The position numbers were made by a program, and so were the translations under genes. A model generated the notes under the pieces. It was not told where the DNA came from and searched no databases. It was given only the letters and a program-made list of their open reading frames with translations. A stretch of 64,000 nt of DNA. It comes from Raillietiella orientalis. Lineage: Eukaryota. Where the stretch lies: assembly GCA_036172245.1 (NCBI GenBank), contig JAYWIR010000041.1, positions 124,001-188,000 on the forward strand, written 5' to 3'. Shown here piece after piece: positions 1 to 11,978 of the stretch; within the stretch, counting starts at the first letter, position 1, and each line of letters opens with the position of its first letter.

Positions 1-3000
1 ACAGCATTTCTCACTCTTTTGAAGTGCAGGAGATCATTTCGACCATTCCTTTTAGAGGTCGAGACGGTTTTCCTTTCACTCTCAGCCCCAGCTTTTCTGA
101 GGAAGGCTTCTGAGGGAAGCAGTTACCAGATGATTCGTTTTCAGCGAAAATCGCACCACCTTGTAGCTGGTACAGAAGGTGTTTGAACGTAAACTCCCAT
201 GCGTCGTTCTCAGTGTCTGAAGATAAATGGAGCACTCCAAAGTGAAACTCCCTTTTGGCATCTCCCTGTGCTGTTCTCGTTTTCTCTGTACAACAAAGCG
301 ATTAGGAAAAAAAAATGCTCCCCTGATCCCAATCGCTCCAAACAGTGTTCTTCAGGTGTGAGGGTTGAGAATAGATAAAGAAAAGCAGAGAGAGATTCGA
401 GAACGCCATCGACAGAGAAGGATACGACCCTGAAAACATGCTGCCAAGATTGTAAGATACGAGCCAGATGTTCAAAGGGGCCTTCGTGCACCATACTTTT
501 TGCAAGAAAACTTAGCATCAATACCTAACAGATATGCCATGTTTTGCACTTTATTTTCTGTAATCACATAAACTTACGATGATGATCTCTGATTCAGGAC
601 ACCTTCAAACCCTCAACGTCAAGATGCTTTGTCCCATTCCCAGCAAGAGAAACAATCTCGTTGGCTTTGCCGATACAATTCCTCGTCGACTCCTTATTTC
701 GAAAGGCGAAATTAAATATTTTTTCCTCCCTTCCAAGCCATTGGTTTTCGGACTCAACTCCCTCCCCCCGTCCCCTCCTTCCCCAGAAGATACGATCTGA
801 GCAGTGATAGTGATCTGCAGTCGATATGCCATGTGTTTGAGTACGCTAAGCCTCTGGAGCTCAGGTGTCTCATCTGTCGGAACAGAGGCCGCAACACCTT
901 CGAGATCCATGACCTTCCAAGTTCTGTGATGGTTTCAGCGAAGAATCTTCCTGCTCTTCCAGGCGTCTAAGACAAAGTTGGAAAGCGGCGGCGAAGATCA
1001 GAGCAAGAGAGAAGGAGGAAATGTAGAGAGAAACTCAAAAGCTCTTCGCTTTTCGAGTAGCATCAGCTGGATTCCTGTCTCCACCTTGTAGAGAACTATC
1101 GAACCAGACTATCGAACGAGAAACCCTTTGAGAGAAATGTAGGCAACAACCAAGCCTTGGTTTCATGATGTTTCCATCAGAGACTGCTCCTTCTTGGTGG
1201 AGATTTTATGGATGATCCAGCAATGTTCAGTCCAAAACCTTTAAATGAATGAACATTGGAATTGGACATCAGAAGCTGTTACAATTTATTTCAATGGTAG
1301 ATCACTTTTTGATCTCAAGACTTGCACTGTTACTATGGTGAGCTAGCATACGGAATTTCATCAGGGAGAAAACAATAAATGAATAAAATAATGAGGAACA
1401 AAAGTCAATCTTCCTAGTTGTAACCAGCAACAAATTCCAAGTTACCGGAATGATTCGATGAATTCGATTGCGTTGCCGGGATATGAAGAAGCTTTGATCC
1501 TAGTCGTTCCATCCTCGACCTGAGCCAATCAAAACGTCCTCTTTCACAAAGTTAGAGATGAGTGAAAGAAGCTGTGAGAGGCTTCGGGCGTCCAGCCTTT
1601 CTATAAGGTAGCGACTGCTGACTCTCTGAATGCCACCTCATGTGCAAGGCGTGTGCAACGCTGTACGCAGGATGACACGATATGATGCATCATCAGAGCA
1701 CTGTACCCAGCGTTACTAGAGGAGAATCTATAGTTTCCCTGTCACCAGCTGCTGCTGTCCCTCACAAAAGCTGATAGTTCCTGCCACTCCTTTTCCTCTG
1801 TATGCATTCCGAGCTTTCATTAGGAGGCTACACTGTCTTCGGTCTCGAAACGCCCACAGTGGCATGGAAAAGCCTCCGGGATCTCTATCGGGATCCTGGT
1901 GCGATGCCATCAAACACGTGGGCAGCACGTAGACCCTTGAGACGGAGGAAGTCGAGGGAAACCGAAACAGGAAGGCAAAGAATCAAAGCTGCTTTTCAAG
2001 ATTTTTCGATGACGCTATCTTTAGATTCGAGATATCAACGTCTTTGGACTTTTGGGTACCGTCTACAAATCTTTCATACACTTCTCGATGGCATCTTTCC
2101 GGAAGGTGCCAGCTCGTCTCGAAGCTCACAGTTCGTCCCACCACGCAGCATCTTTTTCCTCCGAATACGCGCGCTTTGCTGCGAAAAGGGCTGCCAGGTG
2201 CATCTGCCGTCAGCGGCCACACTACCTCCGCGTGCACGCCTAAAGGGAAGGCTGAGCGAACTTCTCAGCAGGATTCGCGGGCGCGCGCTCAAGAAGAGCA
2301 ACAGCTCAGAAGAATCTCGGTGTGTTCTCCCCTCCCTGCCCAAGCTCAGACGCAGGGACATTCCTTCCTTCCGCATCTTTGTATATGGCATGACCAATCT
2401 CCTAGTGTCAGTCATCTTGTGACCTTTGCCCTCCAGTTCGGTTGAAGGCTCCCTCCTGAGTCTTTTCCCCCTCGAAAACTCGGTGGCATCCCCGATCCGG
2501 AATGACGCTCGCGCCATGCGAAAGGGTGGGAACTCTCGGGGACCCAATGGCTGGAAAACGTTTAGTAGGGACCAGTGCTTCGAGCACTCATTCAGGTTGC
2601 TGCCGCAACTCAGACGAGGGTTCAGCGTGCTCTCGGCCGCTCAAGAAAAGCAGCCCGCAAGGCTGCTCTCCGATTGGAGCGCATCTCTCCTGACTGGCCC
2701 TTCCGTGGGAAAGGGAAGCGGCCAGACAGATGCGCGGCGAGGCAGCGTGCAGGAGATGGTGAAAGGAGGAAGGAACCTCAATCGGGAGGGTGGGCAGGAG
2801 AGCAGCGAAAGCCGTAAGAGACTCACAGGATCGCCGGCCTGTCCTTCCCGTTCTTCGACGTTTATCCTCGTTCCCTCTGCTGCTAGGTACACCTTCAGAC
2901 GCAAAGAAGAGCGCCGCCGTCACAGAGCTCTCGTCATCGAAGGCAACACCACTGGAGCGCGAACAGAGGGATCCGAAGGGCCGAAAGGCAAGACTGTCTT

Positions 3001-5439
3001 CGTGGGGGGAGCGGAGCGGCCTACTCGCGGCGAACAAGCGCCATCGCCAAGCGGTTGCTGCTCCGGACCCCCACACTGGCGGATCTCGGTTTGAGAGGAC
3101 TCCAAAGGAAGAAGCGGAAAAAACGAGACGCTCTAGTCCATGGGGAGAGCGGTCTTCGCGCTCCAGATTTCGATCGAAGGAACCGGGACTCGCCGTCGCA
3201 AAAGCAGGAAGGGGGTATCAGAAGAAAGTCCGAGTGGCCACCGCAGTGCCGCACGCCGACTGGGAGATCGGCCAGGACGTGAAGTAGAAGAGAAGGGAAG
3301 GAAAAAGGAGGAGGAGGAAGAGGAAGAATGCAGCAGCTCATTCCCTGGGGATTTGTTGCCTCGGTTAATCGGGTATCTTAAATTGATGCTCTTCTTCAGG
3401 AGGATTCTACTGGATTGGGGATTGGCAGCCTGAAGGGAAAAAGAGCCGCGGGGAAGCCTCCTAAGGGAGTGATGCTCCCTCGAACCATGTTATCCTAAGG
3501 GTAAATCAGGGAAATCAAGGTCTCCTCGTGCTCCAATGGACGGAGTTACTCCTTCCTGGTCTTCCCCCTTGCTCCATGGCGCGCTGGAGATGCTAGACGA
3601 AAGCAGATCCAGCTGCGGAGTCTCTTGACAACCATAGGATCCAGGGCAAAGGATCTTCCAAAAGGTTTCCGGTGATCCGGGTCCTCGAAAACCACTGAGA
3701 CCTCATGGAATCATGGGAGCAACCCCAGTGGGATCCAGAAATTTTCCTTCTCCTTTATCGTCATCTCTCCCTATCTTCCTTTCATTCGCTTTAATCTCCT
3801 CCTCCTCTTCCGCCTCGGTATCTTCCTCCTCCTCCTCTGAATCATAGAAGAGAAGGTTCCGGACGCATATGGCAGTCCAGGGCTTTCCTTGGCCCGTTCA
3901 AGCAGTCTGAATATGGAGGAGAGGGAGAAGGGGCCTGTTCTCTTGCAGAAAGATCTTGAAGAGCGCTCCAAGTTCCTTGCGGGAGTCGAGCGCAGCAAGA
4001 TGAGAAGCTCCTCATCCCTGGGAGAAGACGGAGCTCCCGAGAACGGTAGTCCAGAGGATAAACCAGCAGGAAAAACCCGGAAAGGGAGGCACGGGCTTAT
4101 GGGAGATGGGGCGAATCGGTCCTCCTCTTCCTCTCCGGCATCCGTGCAGACGATGCCGGGGACTGGGGCTTCCCAATGAAGGCCGCACCCTTTGTTCACG
4201 CTTCCAATGGAGTCGGGATAAGTAGCTGAGTTTCGTGGTGAGGAGGGGAGGATGAACCCTTGGCATGTTCTTCGGAGGCTTTGCCGCTAGAGCGATCGTG
4301 GGTATTCTTTCGGAATCAGGAGTCTCCTCGCTCCCGGCTGGAGAGAGCGATCCTGAAAGAAGGAGCCGGAGGGAAAAGGGAGGCTTAGTGCGGAACGATT
4401 CCTAGGAGACTCCGGATGGTTCATCCTTCGTTCGGAGTCCTCCTAGATCCTGCCGAAAACCGAGATTTACCAGGAAGCTCTGACTTCGCGCCTCCAGGGA
4501 GTGTCCGCTTCTGGTAGGCCTGCAGGCGGTCCAGCTTGGGTCCTCCGCACGGGTGCCGAAGGTCGCCCACGGGGGCTGAGAGAGGAGCTGTGGGGGAAGG
4601 GAAGCGGTTCGCGGCAACTAGGTCGCGCCAGAGCGTAAGGAACGGAGGACGTTGCGTGGATGTCTCCATGGAACGGGAAAAGCCATGGTAGCGTCCTCCA
4701 AATATGCGAAGCGAAGCGGCATCTGCTGAACTCCCAGGACCTCCACTTACCCTTAAACTTCAAACGGGTAGAAGGTCTGGTAAGAAACTCTGAATAAAAC
4801 AGAGGAAGGAGCTGGCCACAGGAGCTCTCACTCCAGGACTTCTTCTGCCGTCCTGGAGTGGGAGGTCAACAGGCCCTGGGAACCCAGAAGTTTGGAAACC
4901 GTTTGCGTTTGGGCAGACGTTCCCAGCCGCATTCCTTGAGCTATAGCTCGTTTTGAAGATTTCCTTCTCGCGTCTTCCGTAACTCCGTCGAGCCTCCGAT
5001 CCCGTAGCAAGCCCTGGCCAGGAAGAGCTCAGAAGGGTCATTCCTGGACAGGCAGATGTCCTCTCGCCCTCCCACCATGCGTTTCGGGTAGAGGAAACGG
5101 GTCAGAGGGACGAAAATCGCAAAGGCGCGTTCTCTTCCTCCCAGAGGGGTTAGCTCCCGGGAGGGGGGACATCCCCAGCGACTTCCTTTCGTCCTTCTCT
5201 TTGTAAGGGACCGCCTGCACGCAAAGCAGGGAGACGCGCTATCCGTCCGGTCCCGATCCCCAGGGACGTCCAGCGGGAGAACGAACTCACCGAAAAGACT
5301 GGGAGGAACGGCGTTCGGAAGGCGACGCGGAGAGGAGTCGGAAGGTCTCCGTCGCTGCTACCTCTCCCTCTCAACCCCACGAGAAATCCCCTCCTTCCCC
5401 CTTCATCCTCCCTGCACCAATCCTGGAGGTTTGGCTTAC

Positions 5440-5547
5440 CGGAAGACGTGCAGTGCAAGTTGAGGGTTTCTCCTTCCCTGTACGGTCCCAGGACGGCGAG
5501 GTTTTCTTCCCCGGAGTCTGTCGAAATCACCGGGATGGAACAGGGAA
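5440..5547 (-). CDS. Sidestep/nephrin-family IgSF gene, exon encoding the start of Ig2 (VPCSIPVISTDSGEENLAVLGPYREGETLNLHCTSSG)
   Basis: Acceptor ttttgcag and donor G|GTAAGC. The exon is 108 nt, phase 1-1, compatible with the upstream exon's phase-1 end. GPYxEGxxLxLxC is typical of sidestep-family Ig2. Confidence 0.85.
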
Positions 5548-6114
5548 CTGCAAAAGACCAAGAGTTCAGTGGGAGCGTCCTGGAAATCGCGCGCGAAGCG
5601 GAAGCAGAGGGGATGGGAAGCGAATTCTTGGGAACCGGTTCCTTGAAACATAAGCACGTCCCACAGGACCTCTTCCTCTCTTTTCCACTTCGTTATCTCA
5701 GTCTCTCGGCGGCCAGGTGCTTCCACTAGCCCAGAGAGGAGCCCCGGATTTGACTCCGAGTCGGGATAGGAAATCCCCTCGACGCTCCTGTTTCCGATGG
5801 AATGGGAAAAAAGTCGCCCCGGGAAAACACCGGATCCCTCTCTCTGCTCAGGAGTGCGGAGAACTGGGGAGCACTCCGGTCTTCCTCCAGTTCCCAGCCT
5901 TCGACATCCCTAAGCACTGTTGATGGGTACACCAGGCTTTTCCTCCTTGAAGCGAAAGGCTCATGCTCCGCTAGGGAGTGCCATCGGTCAGACTTCGCTG
6001 GAGCTGCCGACCACCATAAGGGAGGATTTGGAACGAGGGACCTCTGCGGCGCTCGAGGTTCATCCCTTCCTTCCTGCTTCCCCATTCCTCCCTCCTCCGG
6101 GGGCAGTGACTCGT

Positions 6115-6530
6115 CCTCCAGTGACAGGACGAGCACATTGCTCGCGTCGGGCGGCGCTGCCTGGCCAACTCGGTTGACAGCGATCAAACGGAACTGGTAC
6201 GCGGGCGCCGCCTGAAGTTTGGACAGGGTGACCCATCCATTTTCAGCGGAGATGTTGGAGTACACGACTTTCCAGTTAAGGCTCCACTCTGGCATCGTCT
6301 CCGTACCGTTGAGCAGGACTCGCTTGCCCTGCAGCACGAAATGTAGGATAGGACTGTTGCCATCGAACCTGGCAACCCAGCCAACGTTCATTACCTCTCT
6401 TGATAGGGGGACCATGCTGGCCCAAATGTTCAGGGATTCGTAGGGGACTTCCGTGACATTCAGAAGCACGCTGTATTTTTTGGAGAAGCTCAGGGATTTC
6501 ACGACACAGCTGTATTGCCACTGTCCGACG
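6115..6530 (-). pseudogene. sdk: Isolated Sidekick-like exon (end of last Ig domain plus first FN3 domain), probably a non-functional or orphan fragment
   Basis: Translation YSCVVKS...LNVTEVPY...NVGWVARFDGNSPILHFVLQ...LNWKVVYSNISAENGWVTLSKLQAAPAYQFRLIAVNRVGQAAPPDASNVLVL matches the recalled Sidekick Ig6-FN3(1) sequence. A pyrimidine tract and ttag acceptor precede 6530. The expected donor position reads G|ACGAGT, not GTGAGT. No other Sdk exons were seen. Confidence 0.8.
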
Positions 6531-9500
6531 CTAAGAGGAGGAAAGGAGATTCCAGGAGCTCGTTCTGCAGAGTCTCTCAATGGAAGAAGGTGGATAAATG
6601 GACAATTGCACTCCTCAGAATCTTCTTCCTCCTCCTCCTCTTTCTTTGAAATCATCGAAGAGAAAACTCCGGGTGCCTGTGGTCGTCCTGGGTTTCCCAT
6701 ACTCCTACCGATATGGATGCAGCTTCCCTGAAGCCCCTCTTGAGTCCCCACCCCCATTTTCTGATCCGACTGTGAGAGGCGAGAGTTCCGCACCCGCGCC
6801 CTTGCACGGAGTGGGGAAGATGGTCACTGGCCTCGGAACTACCAGTGTCACAGGAGAGGATCTCCTGTGACGTTGTAACTGTGACTCCTGTGGAAAAGGA
6901 GATCCTGTCTCCCGTCCTTCCCTCTTTCTCTCCCTTCTCTTCCCCTCTCCTCCCAATCTGCAGGAGTCCGGGAGGAAGTATCCCGCAGGTCGTCTTGCGG
7001 GAGAAGGCGGAGGAACAGAGGGGTGAACCGGAGTCCCAAACTGTGAGCGCGCACCTCCCACTCCCGCAGACCTACAGAAACGTCTATCCCACTTGGCGTC
7101 CCGCTCTTCCCCGTCCGAAAGCAGCGCTCCTCTGCACCCTCTCTGGCGGATCTTCCTTGCGAGGAACGGATGACGGGAAGCGGAAAACTCAGGAACATTC
7201 CTTTTTCCGCAGAGGGTCCTCCTTCTGGACACCGAGAGGACGAAGGGAAGGACCTCCTCTTCCGTAGGAGGAAACGGACGCTTGGGAGGGACGGATGGAC
7301 GCTTCCTCGTCAGGCAACAAGAAGGGAGAAAGGGAAGGGAGGGAAAGGGGAACAGACAGGAAGAGGGACTGGTCAGGGTGAACACCGGATATCAAATGGG
7401 TGGAAGACGAACTCTCCCGGTTTCTCTGAGGGCGATTGTCCTGGAACTCTTCCGGGTTTCCGCCTCCCGGGGATCTGCGGCTGCTAACGAGCAGGGGGCG
7501 AGAGGGAGGGACGCATCTCTTCCCTCTCTCGAAGTCGAGGCAGGAGGTGCCTCGGGGAGGGGACGGAACCTCATGAGCACCCGCTGTCCACGAGACCGCC
7601 TGCCAGTGGGGGGAAGGGCGTCTTGACAAATTCCCTCCCTCTCGGAATGCAAGGGCGAGAAAAAGTGACATCGCTTTATCGCGGTCCGCGCCCTGCGTGA
7701 TTCTCGCTTCATGTCTTTTCCCCAGAGGAATCTATTCAAGATTGTAGTTGTAATGCATAGGGTGTTCTCAAAGCCCGTCCCCTGACTGGACGTCGGGCGC
7801 GCGTGAACCGTTCTCTCTTCCCCCCTCCTCTCATCTACCCCTCCAGCGGCGTTGCTGCCTGCGAAACGTGGGGAAGAGCTTGCGATCCTCCCCACGTTTC
7901 CCAGTTGCCCCATTCTCCCTGGCAAGAGCGCCAGGGCGTAAGCTGCTTCTGCGCCTACAACCCAGCGGTGACCGGGCTTCCCTTCGACCCCACCACGATC
8001 CTTGTACTGGGAGGGCACTCAGCTCTGGGACCGAGTCTGTGCGCGAATCTCAGAAGCGGGGGTGCTCCGTCGCAGTCTGACGTCCTGCAGCTGCCGCCTC
8101 AATGAGCTCCGCTCGTGTATCATTGCGGAGCTTCCACTCGCTGCTGGTTACCTCAGGAACGGGAGGTGCAAGATAGAGGTCTCTGAATGCGGCCTGCAGA
8201 TCCCGTAGTTATGAGCATTTAGGAAGCAGAAGCGGACTCCTCAGGTCAAACCTCGAAAGGAATACGAACTTGGGGAAGCTCGTGGAGGGAAGACTCCTGG
8301 AAAGGAACTGGGACCATGTAGGGGGAGGAGGCGGGAGAGAGGTCAGAAGCAGAGAGGCGCTGCGCGTGGAACAAACGGGAAGATGGTCCGAACTTTCCCC
8401 TCCCTAGCCCTTTTTGAATGCCCTAGCCTTCACCACCTTTCACCTTTACTCCCACTTTCACGGATCCGCCGCTTAAGAAAAAAGGAGAGGATGCACCCCG
8501 TCGGAGACAGCAACGGGAAAGACTGGAATCCAAGAAGTCCTCACCATCGTATCACTGCTCCACCCTCTCTTCCTCTTTCCCTCCCAGACGGATGTCGCCG
8601 GACGTCCTTCACCCCTTCGGTAATTTACCATTGTTAGTGCCCTCGGAAAGAGGAATGAGTCTGGAATCGCTAAGGTTCCATCGACGAATCCCCTCTCAGC
8701 CTTGTGACTGAGGTCAAAGAGATCCCTCCAGATGCTCCTGTTCACCTCGACTCCTGCCTTTTCTTGCGTGAGAGAGTGCGAATGGCTAAGAAGAACCCGG
8801 AAAACGCGTCCTCTGATGCCTTCAGGAGAAGCCGTTGCAGAGCAAGGAGAGATGCCACAGCTCTGCTGGCAACCGACCTTAAGGGTAGATCGTTCACCAG
8901 CCCGCATCCCAAGAGCATGGGAACACCTGTCGAAGAGGCGGCAAAGGGTTATCCTGGAGCCGCAGGCCCGCTGTCCGAGAGTCGTTCCTTCTGCTGCGCT
9001 CGGACTGTGACGCTGACCCTCGCGCCGAGAACAGGTCCTCGTGGAGCCTCTGTATCTGGAGCAATCGTCCCGGGTACTCAACATACTCCTCCTCCCCAAT
9101 TCAGAGGCTACATTCAAGGGGATGAGGACTGCTTGTCCCGATGGTCGGCGTTCCGCCTTCCTCTAGCACCCGGGCCTTCTCTATCCTTCCAGTCCAATCA
9201 GAGACTCTCCTCCCTCATGTCCAGAGTATCCAGGCTTCCCTGCCTCGTTTTTTCCAGGATTCATCATCCTGAGCGCGACGTCGGGCTCTTGAACAAGCAT
9301 GAGATGAAGCACGGGCGGAACGGCGCATGGAGACTTCAGACGCTCACGTGTGCCGCTTCCGGCTACGCGCGCATCCCGGAAGATCGGCGAGCTTCGTCGA
9401 ACTGTCACGCCAATCGCTCCTGCGATCATGCAAGAAGGATGGGCAACGCACCGGATGCAGAACATACTCTCTCGGCACTGCTTCGAGAGGGGCAGCCGGC

Positions 9501-11772
9501 ATTCCGGAGACCCGCCAGCTGTCGACCTGAAGGATACGGAAGGAAAAGTTTCAGCTTTGAAGAAAACGAAAATCCCTGAAGGAAAAGTTCTCTTATTGAC
9601 CTTGGAGAAGCTCAGGAAAGGATATCCCTCTTCGATGTAAGGATTCGCGCCACTGGGATCAGGATCGGCACGCCGGGAGGAGAAGTGAGGCAACCGGGAT
9701 CAGAATGCAAAGATGAAAACAGAGGGCACCCTCGAAGACAAATATCTCCAAGTGTCAAAATGATCTGCTGATGGCCTTCTCGGGTCTCTTGACAGGGACA
9801 GAAGGCAGATTGTGGAGATTGCGGGGATCCATGCCTGGGATGACCGATTCGTCCCATCAGAGAAACATCCGAAAGATCCAACGGTGACCAACAGCGGACG
9901 GAGCACGTAAAAAACCTCATAGCGTGCTAACGGAGGCAGTGACAGCTCCAGGGAAGTGCAAAATCCAGATGACCTACAAAATGCACGGACCTACAAGACA
10001 GTTTTCAGAGTACAGACGAGATCCTTGCTAAAAGGAGATGAACTTTTGATCACCAAAAATGAGCAAGAAGATGGTCTTCTCCCCCCGTGAAGGAATGCAG
10101 TGGTGTTCGGGGCGAGGAATCAAGAAGAGATAGCTGCAGCTTCTTTGTGAGCTTTCCCATTCCTGCGAAATGCCTTCCAAAATGCCCCGAAGGAAACTTC
10201 CCGAAGAAGAAACTCTGCGTCGAGACAGCAGCAGGCATGGATGGATATCCAAATCTGCTGCCGTCACTGCGGAAGTTGAGGGTGGCTGAGCCATGGAAAC
10301 CGCCCTTTTTTTTGCCTTGACTTACGGAGGATTCTGGACAGGCATCGAACGAGGAAGTGGAAATGTTCAATGATTCACCTTTCCTTAGAGCATCCAGAAC
10401 CTGTGATGTCGAGTTCTGGAAGATTCCAGATAATCGCGAGTTCTACTGTTCCAGAGTGCGCTTCTCTGGCTCGGAGTTCCCGAACGGAGGCAGGCAAATC
10501 TTCCATATTAGGCAGATCAAGAAGAAAAAATAATAATAATTTCCGTTCGGACAATGGATCTCCTGGATCCAGCTGTAGTCCTAATGGGATCGGAAATAGG
10601 AAAACGCACGGCGCGATGTTTTGCAGGAAACCTGACTTCGCTCTTGAGGTCGGAAAAGCATTCTCGTGCGTGGAGTGCACCCATGGCGGCAAGGGGTCCG
10701 TCATTAGGAAAGATGTAGATAGTAAGTCCCTAGCTACCTGAGGTCCCCTCAAGGGAAGCTGATTATCTGAATCCTAGGAAAAGAGAACACTGAGCTTCAA
10801 CCGAGAAGTAACCAGGAAAAAGAGAGAGAAAGAACCATCTCGTGCCATCTCAGCTTTCAAATGCCATTCCTCTCCATCACCGTATGTTTTCTCTTATTCT
10901 GACTCAGCATCATGATGAGGTAAACTGAACGTGCAGGGAAGTCACCAAAAGAGAGTCGCTGTCTTCTACTACTCTCCATAGGCTACTTATTTTTTCTTTC
11001 TTTCTGGAAATGAAACGCCGGTCCTCTCCATCTAAAGTTTAGGCAGATGAGGGGATTTCAGGGAAATTGAGGAACATTAAAACAAAGACTAGGTTCTGCT
11101 GGTGCAGTGAACCAACCTTAACTGCCGGTTCCCAAATCTTACGAGCCCTTCTAACAGATCAACTTGTTTTTCCAAATGAAGGATGCGATTCAAATGCGCT
11201 GTGCTATTCGATACTGGAGCAGCACAGGAAATTGACTTCCAGGGTAGGTTCTGTGGAGGTCGAAGACGCGCTCCAATTTGATGCAGCATGTTTGCTGAGC
11301 ATCGATCCCCGAAAAATGATTCGGATCTTACACCCCTCGCTTTTGCTACACAGCAGCAGCATGCGGAGATCCATTTATCCATTCTCACAGAAGAAAACTC
11401 AGCACTTTTTCACACGTCAGGGCCCGTTTTCGCACAAAAGTCGCCGTTCCTGCTAGCCTTTCGGATGCCTTCGGTGTACCCAAAAAGCAGGGACAACCCG
11501 CGCGTTCCCTGTGTTTCACCGCTTCATCATGAGAAATCGCAAAACGCGGGAGAGGATGTACGGCAGCAGCACACAGGAAAATCTGCTTGCGTCTGCACAC
11601 AATCGGTGCTCATTTACGAGTACGAACAAGCCCTCACGACTTTTCCATTCTCGGATGTAAAAAAGCGGCAGCGTTCTTGGACCCATTTATTGGCTGGTCT
11701 CTCGATTTTTGAGGGGAACAAAAGCAGAGTTTGCCGAGGGTCTACATTCCTCCTTGAAAATCATCTACTCAC

Positions 11773-11978
11773 CTATCACACTTACGTTCACGAAAGTGTA
11801 CCGGGTTTGGCTCTTTTTGAAATCGACTCTACAGATGTAAGCGCCTTCGTCGTCCCTCTCAGTGTTCTCTATCTTCAGAAAGGGTTGGTCTTTGACGTTG
11901 AAGTACGCTCTTCCAGCGAGGGTGTTCAAATCAGCCTGGTGGTTGCCTTGATTTAGAGAACGACCTCTGACGTCATAC
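11773..11978 (-). CDS. Sidestep/nephrin-family IgSF gene, exon encoding the second half of the V-set Ig1 domain
   Basis: Translation YDVRGRSLNQGNHQADLNTLAGRAYFNVKDQPFLKIENTERDDEGAYICRVDFKKSQTRYTFVNVSVI contains DxGxYxCRVDF, a sidestep hallmark. Acceptor tcttcaag, donor G|GTGAGT, 206 nt, phase 2-1. Confidence 0.92.
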
